Assembly (NCBI GenBank): GCA_964276515.1
Contig: OZ193909.1
Coordinates: 6,324,001 to 6,388,000 of the forward strand
Length of the DNA stretch: 64,000 nt
Direction: 5' to 3'
Source: Gordius albopunctatus
Lineage: Eukaryota
Position 1 is the stretch's first letter, and every line of letters begins with the position of its first letter. The notes below the pieces were generated by a model. That model had not been told where the DNA came from, ran no database searches, and was given only the letters and a program-made list of their open reading frames with translations. The translations under genes and the position numbers were made by a program. Shown in pieces: positions 51,799 through 64,000 of the stretch.

Positions 51799-52382
51799 TA
51801 GAGCCCTGCAAAATGAAATTTCTTCGGCCCGATCTCTCGAATTTTATTTTGCCCGAGCCCAAAATATTTTTATATTTTTGGCCCGAAATATAAAATGCAT
51901 TAGATTGTTATTTTTCTTAATTTACAACTAGGAGTTTAAAATAAAATACATTTTCACTCGCTACAATTTGATCAGCTAAGAATTTAAAGCTATAAATCTA
52001 AATTTACAAAATAAATTTTATTTAACAATTCAAAATAAAAAAAACCTTTTTAAATATTTATCTATTTCATTTTTAAAGTTTTAACAGCTACTTTAAATAT
52101 ATGTGCATACTAAAAGAATATTTAAAATTCAGGCTAATATATTAGAGGAGAAAACGGCTGAAGTTTGGAAGCTATATTATATAGGCTGTCCGAAGATAAT
52201 TATAAAATATCGAGTTGAGTTTATTTAAACTATATTTTATAAAATATTAGTTTGCTTAGGTTCAATTTGGACCGGGATCGGGCCGCCTCATCAGGCCCCA
52301 CCCGAGCCCCCAATTAAATTCTGCCCGATTCCGGCCCAAAACCCGATCGGGCCGGGCTTCGGGCTGCCCGTGCAGGGCTCTG
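51799..52382. mobile_element. hAT MITE, TAGAGCCCTGCA family
   Basis: TIRs TAGAGCCCTGCA / TGCAGGGCTCTG. TSD AAAATTTG / ACAATTTG (7/8). GGCCCG subterminal repeats. Confidence 0.85.
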
Positions 52383-52958
52383 ACAATTTGGCTGCGCCGC
52401 ACTATCTATGGCATGGGAATAGCATGGGCCGTGCCGTCCAGAATCCAACTTTTATATCTTAACAAAAATATTGCAGAATAATAAAAAAATCATCTAAATC
52501 AAACTCTGACTACACCCATGGCTACCTTAAATTCAGCAGTTGATTACCGAATCTCTCCAATTCCCAAGATAATAAATTAAAAAGTTTCAATATAATTTAT
52601 TTCATATTACATATAAAATAAATGTATCAGCAAATGGTGAATTTCTATTTTTGGAATATACTTTTTTAAACAGATTTAATATATAGTCCCTTCCATCTAA
52701 CTAAATATGCAGCCAAATGTTCAAAAATGGCTATCGCCCCCGTAAAATTAAGCGTACAAAAACTACGGTATTATATATTGTTTTTATGCTAATTGTAAAA
52801 AATCATTTTAAGTACTGTTGAGCATACTAAATAATTGCACGATATGCTCTCTAACGGAAATTTAGTCACAACTTAAATCGTTATAAGAATATTTTTTATT
52901 TTTCTTTATGAATACATAATAAAATTAGTGTAAATTCAAGAAAATGAGCTAATAAACA

Positions 52959-55900
52959 TCAATCCAATGAATTATTCATTTCAGCGATTTGAAAAGATTC
53001 GGTTAAGTGCAATGCAGGCGATAACGAAATAGAGTCCTGTTGAGTTATTGACGTCAGCTCTTGCGTTATATTAACCATAGAGTCGTCGAAAAGCTGTAAA
53101 GGGCACAAATTAGATTTCATTTTAAAATAAAAGTGTACAAATTTATAAACAACGAAATAATGATTTTAAAACGAGATAACACGACGTATTACTCATTTAT
53201 AACAACTTTATAAAATTAATTCATAGCAGTAAAAAATTCATTTCATTTACATCTGCGATATCTTGATCATTCAGGCTAACTTCGGTTGAAATAGCGTCTG
53301 CGACTCGGGTAAGCTCTTGTACTTTATTCGTGTTCTTCAAAACGTAAACTAGCATGGACAGTACGCGGGGCAATAATATTCTTCTTATTTCTTGCATCTC
53401 CTTTTCTCGCAACAAGCTTTCATGCCTCGAACCTTTGCTTACATCCTAATGGGACAAAAGTGGAGGAAAAATACCTTAAATGGGCTTTTACATACGACAA
53501 TCAAATTTAACAAGATATGGGTTTGCAACAATAAGTTAAAACGGTAAAATAAGAGTTTAAATTTGTCAAAAATATTAGTTATTTATAGTATAATAGGAAA
53601 CATTAAAATAAGTACGATATGCTGAAATATTTTACAGCAAAGTTATAACAGTTTTGTCTAATGACTAAAGCCATGAAATGTAACGTACTATATTTAATTT
53701 GATGAAATTGAAAGCATAAAAAATAGAATGGAACTTTAACATATGTTCATCGTGTACTCACTATGGGTCTCTGGTCTTTGAGCCATCCTCCGTCAGGAAA
53801 TGTGAGAATGGTAAATAGATTTTCGGCGGTGTTCTAAGCAACACAATTATTTATACTAGCTATAGTACACAAAGATAAAAGCCACGCAAAAATGTATTCA
53901 TTTTATTTTAATAAATCCAAAGAAATTTCAAAGAGGCAATCAAAAAGTTATTATTTATGTATCGGAAACAATCCTAAAGGTGTAAAATAATGTTTAAAAA
54001 ATGTTTTTATTTATATTTATGCCCTCTACCTCGGTTTTTAGTTCAAGTGTTTCTTGCCATCTTTCAAAATTGGCTTGGTACTCTCTCTGAACACCTTCGA
54101 GAGCAACTCGCTGTTTAAGCTCCACCACGCTTTCATTATTATCGTCCTGTTTGTCAGGGGCAATGGGCTTTTCTGTATGGTAATAGTCGTACCATTCGTT
54201 AAAAGCTTCATTTCCCTCCTAAACCATAATAAAATATATTTCTTACCTTCAGAAATAAAAAGGGCATTAAAATTAAAACTCTTTTACTTAATACAGTTGA
54301 AAGAGCCGAACTTCACTTAAAAATAATTAACCGATAGGTGTTAAACAAAGTATATAAACTAGGTCTATCGAATATACACCATGCACATACCATGTATGTT
54401 TTATAGCTGAGGAATTCTTTGATGGCATTATCCAAGGGAGCGGGCAAAAGTGGGCTAGAATCTTCCTATGAGAATTTTGAAATTTAACCAATCATTATCA
54501 GCCTAAAAATGTTGCATATTATAAAAGATTTCGAGCGAAGCAAAAGGCAAACTTTATCGGTCGTCCATTCTGCGATGATGGTTGAAACGAGTTGTTCGGG
54601 CAGCTTTGTTACAATAGCGTTTACGCAAGCCAACTTATTCCCAACTAATATTGGCGTAATTATAGAAAGGAGTAGTCAATTAATTAAAAGTGAATTTTAT
54701 TATTTCCCCGTTTTATTATATATTTTTATGCCGTCAAAAGCCTGTGTGGGTCTGGGTAGCTAGAAAAGGGATTAAACGCTAGTCTACAAAGAATATTTGT
54801 GATTTAGAAGAGAACTCATTTCAAGTTTCGTGTTGGGGCATGGATGCAAAATAAAAATGAGTAGGGAAGTGTTTATAGGGCATATATGGAGAATATTCAT
54901 CGGATAGTTGTTTAGGTTTAAAGATAAGTAGCTTGCTTTAATTTAATGTAATTCAAAAAATAGTTGAAAACATGGTGTAAATGTGGTTTAAACGCAAAAA
55001 CGATTTGGCATTAAAATTGTATCATCCCTTGTATCCATTTATTCCCCAAAAGAGCGAGGCGTTTCCCGCTTTGCAAGTCAGTATAAAAAGAACGATGCAA
55101 TTTTACCTTTATTGCAGAAAAAATTAAATTCACGTAAAAATTCTAAGGTAAATTATATTATTTTAAAAATTATAATTAAATATGGAAAGAACCAATACTT
55201 AGGAAAGTTCTTATCAAGGAATTGGCACGAAATAGCGCTTCATCCCATTGCGTAGGTTCCAATATCAACCAATCCAACGAGTCGATTGTAGCTCTGTCTT
55301 CCTGTAATCAAATTTAATAATTACACTGGTCAACAAATAAGGGACCTTAAAATCCGGCAAACTGTTTGTAGATTCTGGTAGAGTTTCTTACATTGAATAC
55401 AAATATATTTTTAGTTTTTTCTCTATATGTCAAGTTTTCGAAATATTTGCTGTTAAAGTTGCTAAAAACGGGGATTACGTTTTTCAAACGTTAAATTTGC
55501 AAATGAATCTTAATGTTAAAGATCATAATTGTTTAAGTCGACAAAACATAAACCATATAAGCTGTCAACAGGCACGTTATAAGAAAATAAGGGTTCAATC
55601 TCAAATTCCAAATTTAATTTTTTGGTTTTTACACAGTCGCTAAAAGGGTTCGGGTTACGACTTCCCTCCCCAATAAACACCCGAAATACATAAGGGCAAA
55701 AGCGAAATGAAAGTAAAATTACATGTATATCGTTTTTGCGTAGTTTCAAAAATTTAAAGTGCTTCTCCATGGACAATATATAATACCTTAATGCGCAGAT
55801 TAGATATAAACCCGGTACGCAATAACGTCACATAAAGTGATAGGATTGTTTACAATATATATGGGTAAACGAAATTCTAACGAAATATACGCTGGAAAAT

Positions 55901-58900
55901 TAGTGTTGGGAAAGCGGGTGAGCTTTGTTCGACCGACCTCTTAGCTGACCAAACTTAAACAGAGCAAAGGTTCATAGGTCTCTTTTTCTTGGTAGACCTC
56001 TAGGCTTGGTCAAAATTTAGAAAAGAGACCAGAGTGGAGACCATTAGTCTTGGTTAAACCAAAGGTCTACCAAACAAAGCCTAGCCGTTTTCGCAAAACT
56101 ATCAAAAGTAGGGGATCCATTCTAGTCTGTATGACTAGCTTGAAACGTAATTTCTACCCAAATCAAGCAGCGCACCTGAAAGTAGTGATGGGGAAATAGC
56201 GTTTTTAAGGAGCTAAAGCTATAGGAGATGGGAGGTTTGAGGTGCTATAAGCTATAGGAGATGGGAGGTTTGAGGTGCTATAAGCTATAGGAGATGGGAG
56301 TTTGAGGTGCTATGTGCTATAGGAGATGGGAGGTATGAGGTGCTATGTGCTATAGGAGATGGGAGGTTTGAGGTGCTATGTGCTATAGGAGATGGGAGTT
56401 TGAGGTGCTATGTGCTATAGGAGATGGGAGTTTGAGGTGCTATGTGCTATAGGAGATGGGAGGTTTGAGGTGCTATGTGCTATAGGAGATGGGAGTTTGA
56501 GGTGCTATGTGCTATAGGAGATGGGAGGTTTGAGGTGCTATGTGCTATAGGAGATGGGAGTTTGAGGTGCTATGTGCTATAGGAGATGGGAGTTTGAGGT
56601 GCTATGTGCTATAGGAGATGGGAGTTTGAGGTGCTATTGCTATAGGAGATGGGAGTTTGAGGTGCTATGTGCTATAGGAGATGGGAGTTTGAGGTGCTAT
56701 GTGCTATAGGAGATGGGAGTTTGAGGTGCTATGTGCTATAGGAGATGGGAGTTTGAGGTGCTATAGGAGATGGGAGGTTTGAGGTGCTATGTGCTATAGG
56801 AGATGGGAGGTTTGAGGTGCTATGTGCTATAGGAGATGGGAGTTTGAGGTGCTATGTGCTATAGCCGATTGCACTTAAATGCGCTACTCCTATAGCACCG
56901 GCGCTAACACTGGGAATAATTTCAATGAAAACAATAGAGTTAATATGAACTTGTGTGTAATCTAATAAACAATTTTCCATTAAAAATATATTGTTCGAAA
57001 AAACAAAATTAAAAAAGGGTGTTATTTAACTGCTAAGTAAATAATTACAAATTGCTAAGTAATTTATGCTAAGTATTTTAAATTATAAATTTTAAACAAA
57101 ATGTTTAATATTGAAAAAAATACTTTTTTTCAATCGGGGAGGGGGGGGGGGTTAATTCAAAACCTAGTTATGCCCTACCCTACCCCATGTTTTTGAGAAT
57201 AAAAAAATTAAACTCCCCCTTCCCTTAAGTTAATCCATATCCCATCAGGGCGATTATGTTTCAATCAAAAGGAAAACCTAAGAGTAAGAAGAGTGAACTT
57301 TAATGCGTACTCAGATCTCAGAGTCTGAGTACGCATACTCACTCATGGTATGTTATTTTTATTCAGTCAGTGATAAAAAGAAAATTAATTTTTCGCTCTC
57401 ATCTTTAATATCTTTATCCTTTTCTTCAACTCAACATAAAAATATTAATTTTATGAAAAATAATTATTTACCTGGCTACGACTAGCCCCGGTCACCTCAA
57501 CATAAAACTTATGTTAAGAATATTTAAAAAAGGTTATGGTTGGTCACTAATTAATAACCAATATAAATCCGACTTAAATAACAAATTTAATCTTTAAGTG
57601 TAATATTTCCAATGTGTTTTATATCAGCCGGTTAAAGTACTTATTTTATGTTACATTTGGGAAATATAATAAAAGATTTCCCAAGTGAGATATCTTTATC
57701 AACGTCTATATGAAAACACACTCGTTAAAAATCACAAACTACGATAACTTTATTTTCGACCATTTCGCATTATATATATATTAGTTATATTGATAAATAT
57801 AATAAAACAGGCAAATATTTTGTTAATTATTGACGTAGATTCCTTTCCAGCTATTCATGCATAGCATTTGGTTTAAGGAAGTTGGAGATAACCGTGACCT
57901 TTTCTTGGTAATTATGACTCAGCTCAGACTTAGACTGTCTGAGTCTGAGTACGCAAATGCATAAAAGTTCACTCAATAGTATTGTTTTCCTTTTAATTGA
58001 AACATATTAACTTAAGGAAAGGGGGAGTTTAATTTTTTTATTCTCAAAAACATGGGCGTAGGGCATAACTAGGTTTTGAATTAAGGGGGAGGGGGCAAAC
58101 GGTTAAAATAAAAGTTGAATTAGGGAGGGGCTAAATAAAAAAAAATTATTAATTTGTAAGGGTTTTTTTACATTGGAAAAATTTTTTTCCCGTCATTCAG
58201 AGGGGGGCGGGACGACTTATTGATAAAATAAATGTAGAAGCAATGCAAAATAAAATTAAAGTCATACATTTAATTAAATATTTATATTAAAATAAGTCGT
58301 AGTTAGATGGTAAGATAGGGCAAAAAAATTATATTCAGATGTATTTTAATATTTAATAAAAACAAAATAAACAATTAAAAAAATTATTCCCAGTGTTAGC
58401 GCCGGTGCTATAGGAGTAGCGCATTTAAGTGCAATCGGCTATAGCACATAGCACCTCAAACTCCCATCTTCTATAGCACATAGCACCTCAAACTCCCATC
58501 TCCTATAGCACATAGCACCTCAAACCTCCCATCTCCTATAGCACATAGCACCTCATACCTCCCATCTCCTATAGCTCATAGCACCTCAAACTCCCATCTC
58601 CTATAGCACATAGCACCTCATACCTCCCATCTCCTATAGCTCATAGCACCTCAAACTCCCATCTCCTATAGCACATAGCACCTCAAACTCGCATCTCCTA
58701 TAGCACATAGCACCTCAAACTCCCATCTCCTATAGCTCATAGCACCTCAAACCTCCCATCTCCTATAGCACCTCAAACTCCCATCTCCTATAGCACATAG
58801 CACCTCAAACTCCCATCTCCTATAGCACATAGCACCTCAAACTCCCATCTCCTATAGCACATAGCACCTCAAACTCCCATCTCCTATAGCACCTCAAACC

Positions 58901-61900
58901 TCCCATCTCCTATAGCACCTCAAACTCCCATCTCCTATAGCACATAGCACCTCAAACTCCCATCTCCTATAGCACATAGCACCTCAAACTCCCATCTCCT
59001 ATAGCACCTCATAACTCCCATCTCCTATAGCTCATAGCACCTCAAGCCTCCCATCTCTTATAGCTCTAGCACCTCAAACCTCCCATCTCCTATAGCTCAT
59101 AGCACCTCAAACTCCCATCTCCTATAGCACATAGCACCTCAAACTCCCATCTCCTATAGCACATAGCACCTCATACCTCCCATCTCCTATAGCTCATAGC
59201 ACCTCAAGCCTTCCATCTCCTATAGCTCTAGCACCTCAAACCTCCCATCTCCTATAGCACATAGCACCTCAAACTCCCATCTCCTATAGCACATAGCACC
59301 TCATACCTCCCATCTCCTATAGCTCATAGCACCTCAAACTCCCATCTCCTATAGCTCTAGCACCTCAAACCTCCCATCTCCTATAGCACATAGCACCTCA
59401 TACCTCCCATCTCCTATAGCTCATAGCACCTCAAGCCTCCCATCTCCTATAGCTCTAGCACCTCAAACTCCCATCTCCTATAGCACATAGCACCTCAAAC
59501 TCCCATCTCCTATAGCTCATAGCACCTCAAACCTCCCATCTCCTATAGCACCTCAAACTCCCATCTCCTATAGCACATAGCACCTCAAACTCCCATCTCC
59601 TATAGCACATAGCACCTCAAACTCCCATCTCCTATAGCACATAGCACCTCAAACTCCCATCTCCTATAGCACCTCATACCTCCCATCTCCTATAGCTCAT
59701 AGCACCTCAAACTCCCATCTCCTATAGCACATAGCACCTCAAACTCCCATCTCCTATAGCACATAGCACCTCATACCTCCCATCTCCTATAGCTCTAGCA
59801 CCTCAAACCTCCCATCTCCTATAGCACATAGCACCTCAAACTCCCATCTCCTATAGCACCTCAAACCTCCCATCTCCTATAGCACCTCAAACTCCCATCT
59901 CCTATAGCACATAGCACCTCAAACTCCCATCTCCTATAGCACATAGCACCTCAAACTCCCATCTCCTATAGCACATAGCACCTCATACCTCCCATCTCCT
60001 ATAGCTCATAGCACCTCAAACTCCCATCTCCTATAGCTCATAGCACCTCAAACTCCCATCTCCTATAGCACATAGCACCTCATACCTCCCATCTCCTATA
60101 GCTCTAGCACCTCAAACCTCCCATCTCCTATAGCTCATAGCACCTCAAACTCCCATCTCCTATAGCACATAGCACCTCAAACTCCCATCTCCTATAGCAC
60201 ATAGCACCTCAAACTCCCATCTCCTATAGCACATAGCACCTCAAACTCCCATCTCCTATAGCACATAGCACCTCATACCTCCCATCTCCTATAGCTCATA
60301 GCACCTCAAACTCCCATCTCCTATAGCACATAGCACCTCAAACTCCCATCTCCTATAGCACCTCAAACCTCCCATCTCCTATAGCACCTCAAACTCCCAT
60401 CTCCTATAGCACATAGCACCTCAAACTCCCATCTCCTATAGCACATAGCACCTCAAACTCCCATCTCCTATAGCACATAGCACCTCAAACCTCCCATCTC
60501 CTATAGCACCTCAAACTCCCATCTCCTATAGCACATAGCACCTCAAACTCCCATCTCCTATAGCACATAGCACCTCAAACTCCCATCTCCTATAGCACAT
60601 AGCACCTCATACCTCCCATCTCCTATAGCTCATAGCACCTCAAGCCTCCCATCTCCTATAGCTCTAGCACCTCAAACCTCCCATCTCCTATAGCTTATAG
60701 CACTTAAAGTGACTATGTGCTAGTAGACATAGCGTATTTAATAGGCTATTCCCATCAGCGGGGAGGTGCTAAGCGCGCTAGTGCTAAGCGTTTTCCCACC
60801 ACTACCTGAAAGGAAACATTATAAAGGTATACCTCTTCCAAAGAATGGGCCATTACAGCTGGTAGTGGATGCCTTTCTAACCCTTCGGTCAAACTACTTC
60901 TTTTGCCAGCCCTGGTCTGGTCCAGATCATCGAGTAGGCTTTTCGTGATGGCGCCCACATCCAAGCCATGATCGGTAGCCACGTCCAAGCAGTATTTCTT
61001 GTAACTAGCATCGTCACCTACCATGTCTACGAGGATAAAAAGTTCAGAAACATTTTTTTTCTCTTCATATTCTATCATTTAAGTGACACTTATCTTGATA
61101 GTTTGTTAAATTTTTGCTCCTTTCTAACAAGCAGGCGAAAAATTTTTTAAACTAATTCAAAATTAAATTTTAAATAGTTAATATAAAATGGAGGATAATC
61201 ATGCTAAATATGCCTAAAATTATTAATTTTAAAATTTTATTCCGTTATCATCATGATAACTTTAACCTAATATTATTTATTTTTGACAAAAAATAAGGAA
61301 TTGGACTAAAAATGGACAAGTAAGGAGTCAAAATGGGCGTAGCAAGGGGGGGGGGCAGAAAAAAAGAAAAATTTCAATACAAAAACCCTTAATTAAAAAA
61401 ATTATGATTTGCCCCCCCCCCGTTTGAACTTAACTCAAATTAATACAGTAGCGAATTTACACATAAATTTAAATTATTTGGTAAAATTAAATTTAAATTT
61501 GAGATTTTAGATTACTAGTTGCGATTGTGTTTGTGTAGTCATTATTTATTTCCTATTCCTAAAATTAATACATACATTCAAATTAATTTCCCTAACAATT
61601 TCAAATTTAATGGATATTCATACATACTTTATTAAAAACGGTTAGTTAAAAAATTTTATTTTGAATCTTTATTGACCTTTGATAATATTTATTTCAGTAT
61701 TTTAATTATTTAGCAAAGACTTTTTTGAAAATTTTATGTGTTTTGCTTAAATAATTTTCGACATATTTATTATATATAAATTTCAGAAAAATTTATGACA
61801 TACTTTAAATTTATTTAAATAATTTTATGATTTAAAAATAGTAATTTATGCAGGTATATTTTATATTACATTAATCTGATTATGAATATTGATTATTTTT

Positions 61901-64000
61901 ATAGTTATTAAAAATTTTGTGGGGCTTGGGCTATATTCAGTATTTTTTAGTAAATTGCAAAAACTTTTTATACAGGTTTTCAGACATCTAATTTTTCTGT
62001 ATCATCATTATATAGTAATTGCATGTTTTTAATGTTTAATTATATCAAATTTTTGAATTAGAGCATGCCAAAGGAAAGTGAGGAGTGTAGAGCTGGATGG
62101 AGAGAACGAGTTGTGTTCGCCTATAGGATTTAATGAAAGTTAGAATTTAAGCTTAGTTAAAAAATATATAATTGTTGTGAATTTAATTTTTAATTTAAAA
62201 ATAAGATTCATAATATAAATAGTATTAACAATTTTAGCATGCCAAGTGGAAAGTGTAGAGCTGGATGGAGACAACGAGTTGTGTTCGTCTATAGGATTTA
62301 ATGAAAGTTAGAATCTAAGGCGCTGCCCCCCTCCCCTAATTAGCCAAATTTGAATACGGAAATTTTTTTTTGGATAGGCGAGACCTTTTTTTTGCTCTAA
62401 GGAAAAATTTTAGGATAGCTAATTCAAAAGCTGGCTACGCCCATGGGAGTCAACATGGTAATATATGTAGCGTCCTTAATATAATGACTGGTTAGTACTC
62501 GGTATGTGGCCTATATATCTAACCTCAAACCCGGGAACAAATATATTTGCACAAGCATAGGAGTGTTGTAACAACGGCTGGGGTTTTTAGTCAACCTATG
62601 TATGGTTCAACTAACACTAATAATAATTGGCTCTATCATATTTTTAAAATTTACAATAAAGTAGGCGACCATTATATTATATTTCGTCGACTCCGACTAA
62701 ACAAAAATCAGCCATTTTTTTAACACTAACGCGTAGTAATAAGGGGATATCATATTATGTTGTTCTAATTGCAACCAAGAATTAACATATCTAATTACAT
62801 GGACGTATGCAAGCTTTGAATATGGGGGGGGGGGGGGGGTTAGAAATGATTGCTTAAATTAATTTCGATCGATATTTAATTTTTGAATACAGGGGGTAAA
62901 TAACAAATGTCACCTTTTTACTATTCTATGCTTAAGGAATTTGATTTGTCATTACTTTTCAATCCTTATCTTGGTGTAAATAACTCTTTGCCGAGCTGGT
63001 TCTAAATTATGTCTTGCTTCGTAATTTATAGAGTTATCCCAAGGGTCACTTAATCAAATTGTAAAAGAACGGTGATAATTTAAATTTTAAACCCAATATC
63101 ACAAATTAAAAATGTTCGTTATAATATAATACATGGGTTGCTCGTTAAATAACTTGTTAGCCACCTACATATATAAAAAACATCTAAAGTGATCGAAATA
63201 GCCTGATGTAATAAAGGAAATTTAAATTCTAAAAATATCGTGAATGCTTCATATAAAAATATGCAATGCTAAAATGAAATAAATGGGCGAGTCAAATTAC
63301 TTTTTAAAAACTGTGAGTAACGCTGCTTTTGATAAACCGGTGGTAGGAATTTCAGGTAACCGGCAAGTAAAGTAACTTGAGACACTTCGACCAGCGCCTA
63401 AATTGAAGAAAGATGAAACAAAATAGCCTGTAGCTGGATAAAATGTCAATTGCTGTTGTTTTTGCCCCGACAATGAACGGCTCTATTAGAACTTTTTTAA
63501 AAAATAATTGTCGATCCTGGTAGAGGTCAAGCCGGATATAGAAATACAATGATGCGAAATTTACATCTTTAATATACATGAAAACAAATGCTACCATTAC
63601 TTACTTGAATCTCAGGATTTAAATACACAAGGCTCAAACACCTCCCAACTGCTTTGAGGCCGTCAAGAATGGCAAATCGTTAAACATATTAATTTATTTT
63701 ACCCATAACCAAGTGATATTTAGGTTCCACCACTGTGATTATAACCTTTTATGAGGCCTAGAACTAAAATTTTGATCATTTTTACTGACTAAAAATGCAT
63801 AAACTACATTCCTATGCAAGATTAAATAGCCTCACTCAGGAAATTAATATTAAATAATAATTTGTATATAGTCTAAAGTTCAATAATATAATGGAGGAGC
63901 TTTTACGGTTCCAACTAAACTTAGGCTTTTAGGAAGAGTTTTTTTAAATACTTTAGATAAGTGATTCAACTAAATAAATTTACCTTGGTGTAAGTACTTA
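52959..64000 (-). CDS. NUP107: Nucleoporin Nup107, 3' portion; gene begins beyond the window end
   Basis: Phase-consistent exons >64000-63984, 61026-60833, 55301-55199, 54644-54553, 54465-54391, 54218-54030, 53833-53762, 53445-53251 (or 53281), 53093-52959. Motifs: YCLDVATDHGLDVGAITK, EDRATIDSLDWLILEPTQWDEALFRANSLIRTFL, DNAIKEFLSYKTYMEGNEAFNEW, ILTFPDGGWL, EMQEIRRILLP. Confidence 0.9.
55901..56101. mobile_element. Small degenerate MITE
   Basis: Imperfect TIRs TAGTGTTGGGAAAGCGG / CCGTTTTCGCAAAACTA. Internal GACC/GGTC repeats. TSD not preserved. Confidence 0.55.
56218..56864 (+). repeat. Tandem array of a 32/33-bp unit, about 20 copies (left arm)
   Basis: Unit GCTATAGGAGATGGGAG(G)TTTGAGGTGCTATGT. 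Confidence 0.97.
58438..60703 (-). repeat. Tandem array of the same unit, inverted, about 70 copies (right arm)
   Basis: Unit ACATAGCACCTCAAA(C)CTCCCATCTCCTATAGC, with 25/26-bp deletion variants and recurring sequence variants. Confidence 0.97.
61332..62445. mobile_element. Long non-autonomous hAT element, CATGGGCGTAG family, in a Nup107 intron
   Basis: Ends AATGGGCGTAGC / GCTACGCCCATG. Perfect 8-bp TSD GGAGTCAA. Internal direct repeat of about 90 bp (62060-62150, 62236-62319). Confidence 0.88.

Larger units (their letters stand above)
56183..60804. mobile_element. Foldback-type element with hAT-like ends and satellite-array inverted arms
   Basis: Termini TAGTGATGGGGAAA / TTTTCCCACCACTA. 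Perfect 8-bp TSD CCTGAAAG (56175-56182, 60805-60812). The arms are inverted tandem arrays. Confidence 0.88.

Noticed and set aside
52280..52300. Hammerhead ribozyme (CTGATGAG on the minus strand)
   Set aside because: No downstream GAAA core or compatible stems. It lies in MITE subterminal repeats.
54245..54280. Extra Nup107 micro-exon ending GAAG then GTAAGA
   Set aside because: The flanking exons already join in phase 0 with the expected YM/EGNEAFNEW sequence. The nearest acceptor I checked gives a 34-nt exon that would shift the frame.
56218..60703. CRISPR-like array (32-bp repeats)
   Set aside because: Units are head-to-tail with no unique spacers, the context is a eukaryotic intron, and there are no cas genes. 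It is a satellite in transposon arms.
60755..61078. Stand-alone 107-aa ORF
   Set aside because: It is a Nup107 exon (61026-60833) plus intron read-through.
63352..63597. 81-aa ORF as a Nup107 exon or nested gene
   Set aside because: No recognisable motifs, and the exon ending at 63984 joins 61026 in phase without it.

Overview
AT-rich, intron-containing, transposon-dense eukaryotic DNA, most likely from an invertebrate animal (inference). Three host genes lie on the minus strand, and I reconstructed their exons by hand from GT-AG sites and reading phase. They are a THUMPD3-like tRNA m2G methyltransferase (8 exons, 3966-9962, about 431 aa), a PP1 glycogen-targeting subunit of the PPP1R3/CBM21 type (2 coding exons, 38165-40257, about 669 aa), and the 3' part of Nup107 (52959 to beyond 64000). 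The rest is nested mobile DNA: hAT MITEs with 8-bp TSDs and a transposase-bearing deletion derivative, piggyBac-, MULE- and P-like non-autonomous elements, Helitron and Helentron-like pieces, a small Gypsy-like LTR element, three CRE-like retrotransposon lineages and RTE fragments. The most unusual items are a 4.6-kb TSD-flanked foldback element in a Nup107 intron whose inverted arms are 32-bp satellite arrays, an LTR element with mismatched 55-bp and 320-bp LTRs, and predicted 32-34-nt spliceosomal introns. I found no CRISPR array, rRNA or intact tRNA. All homology calls come from motif recognition, not database searches.
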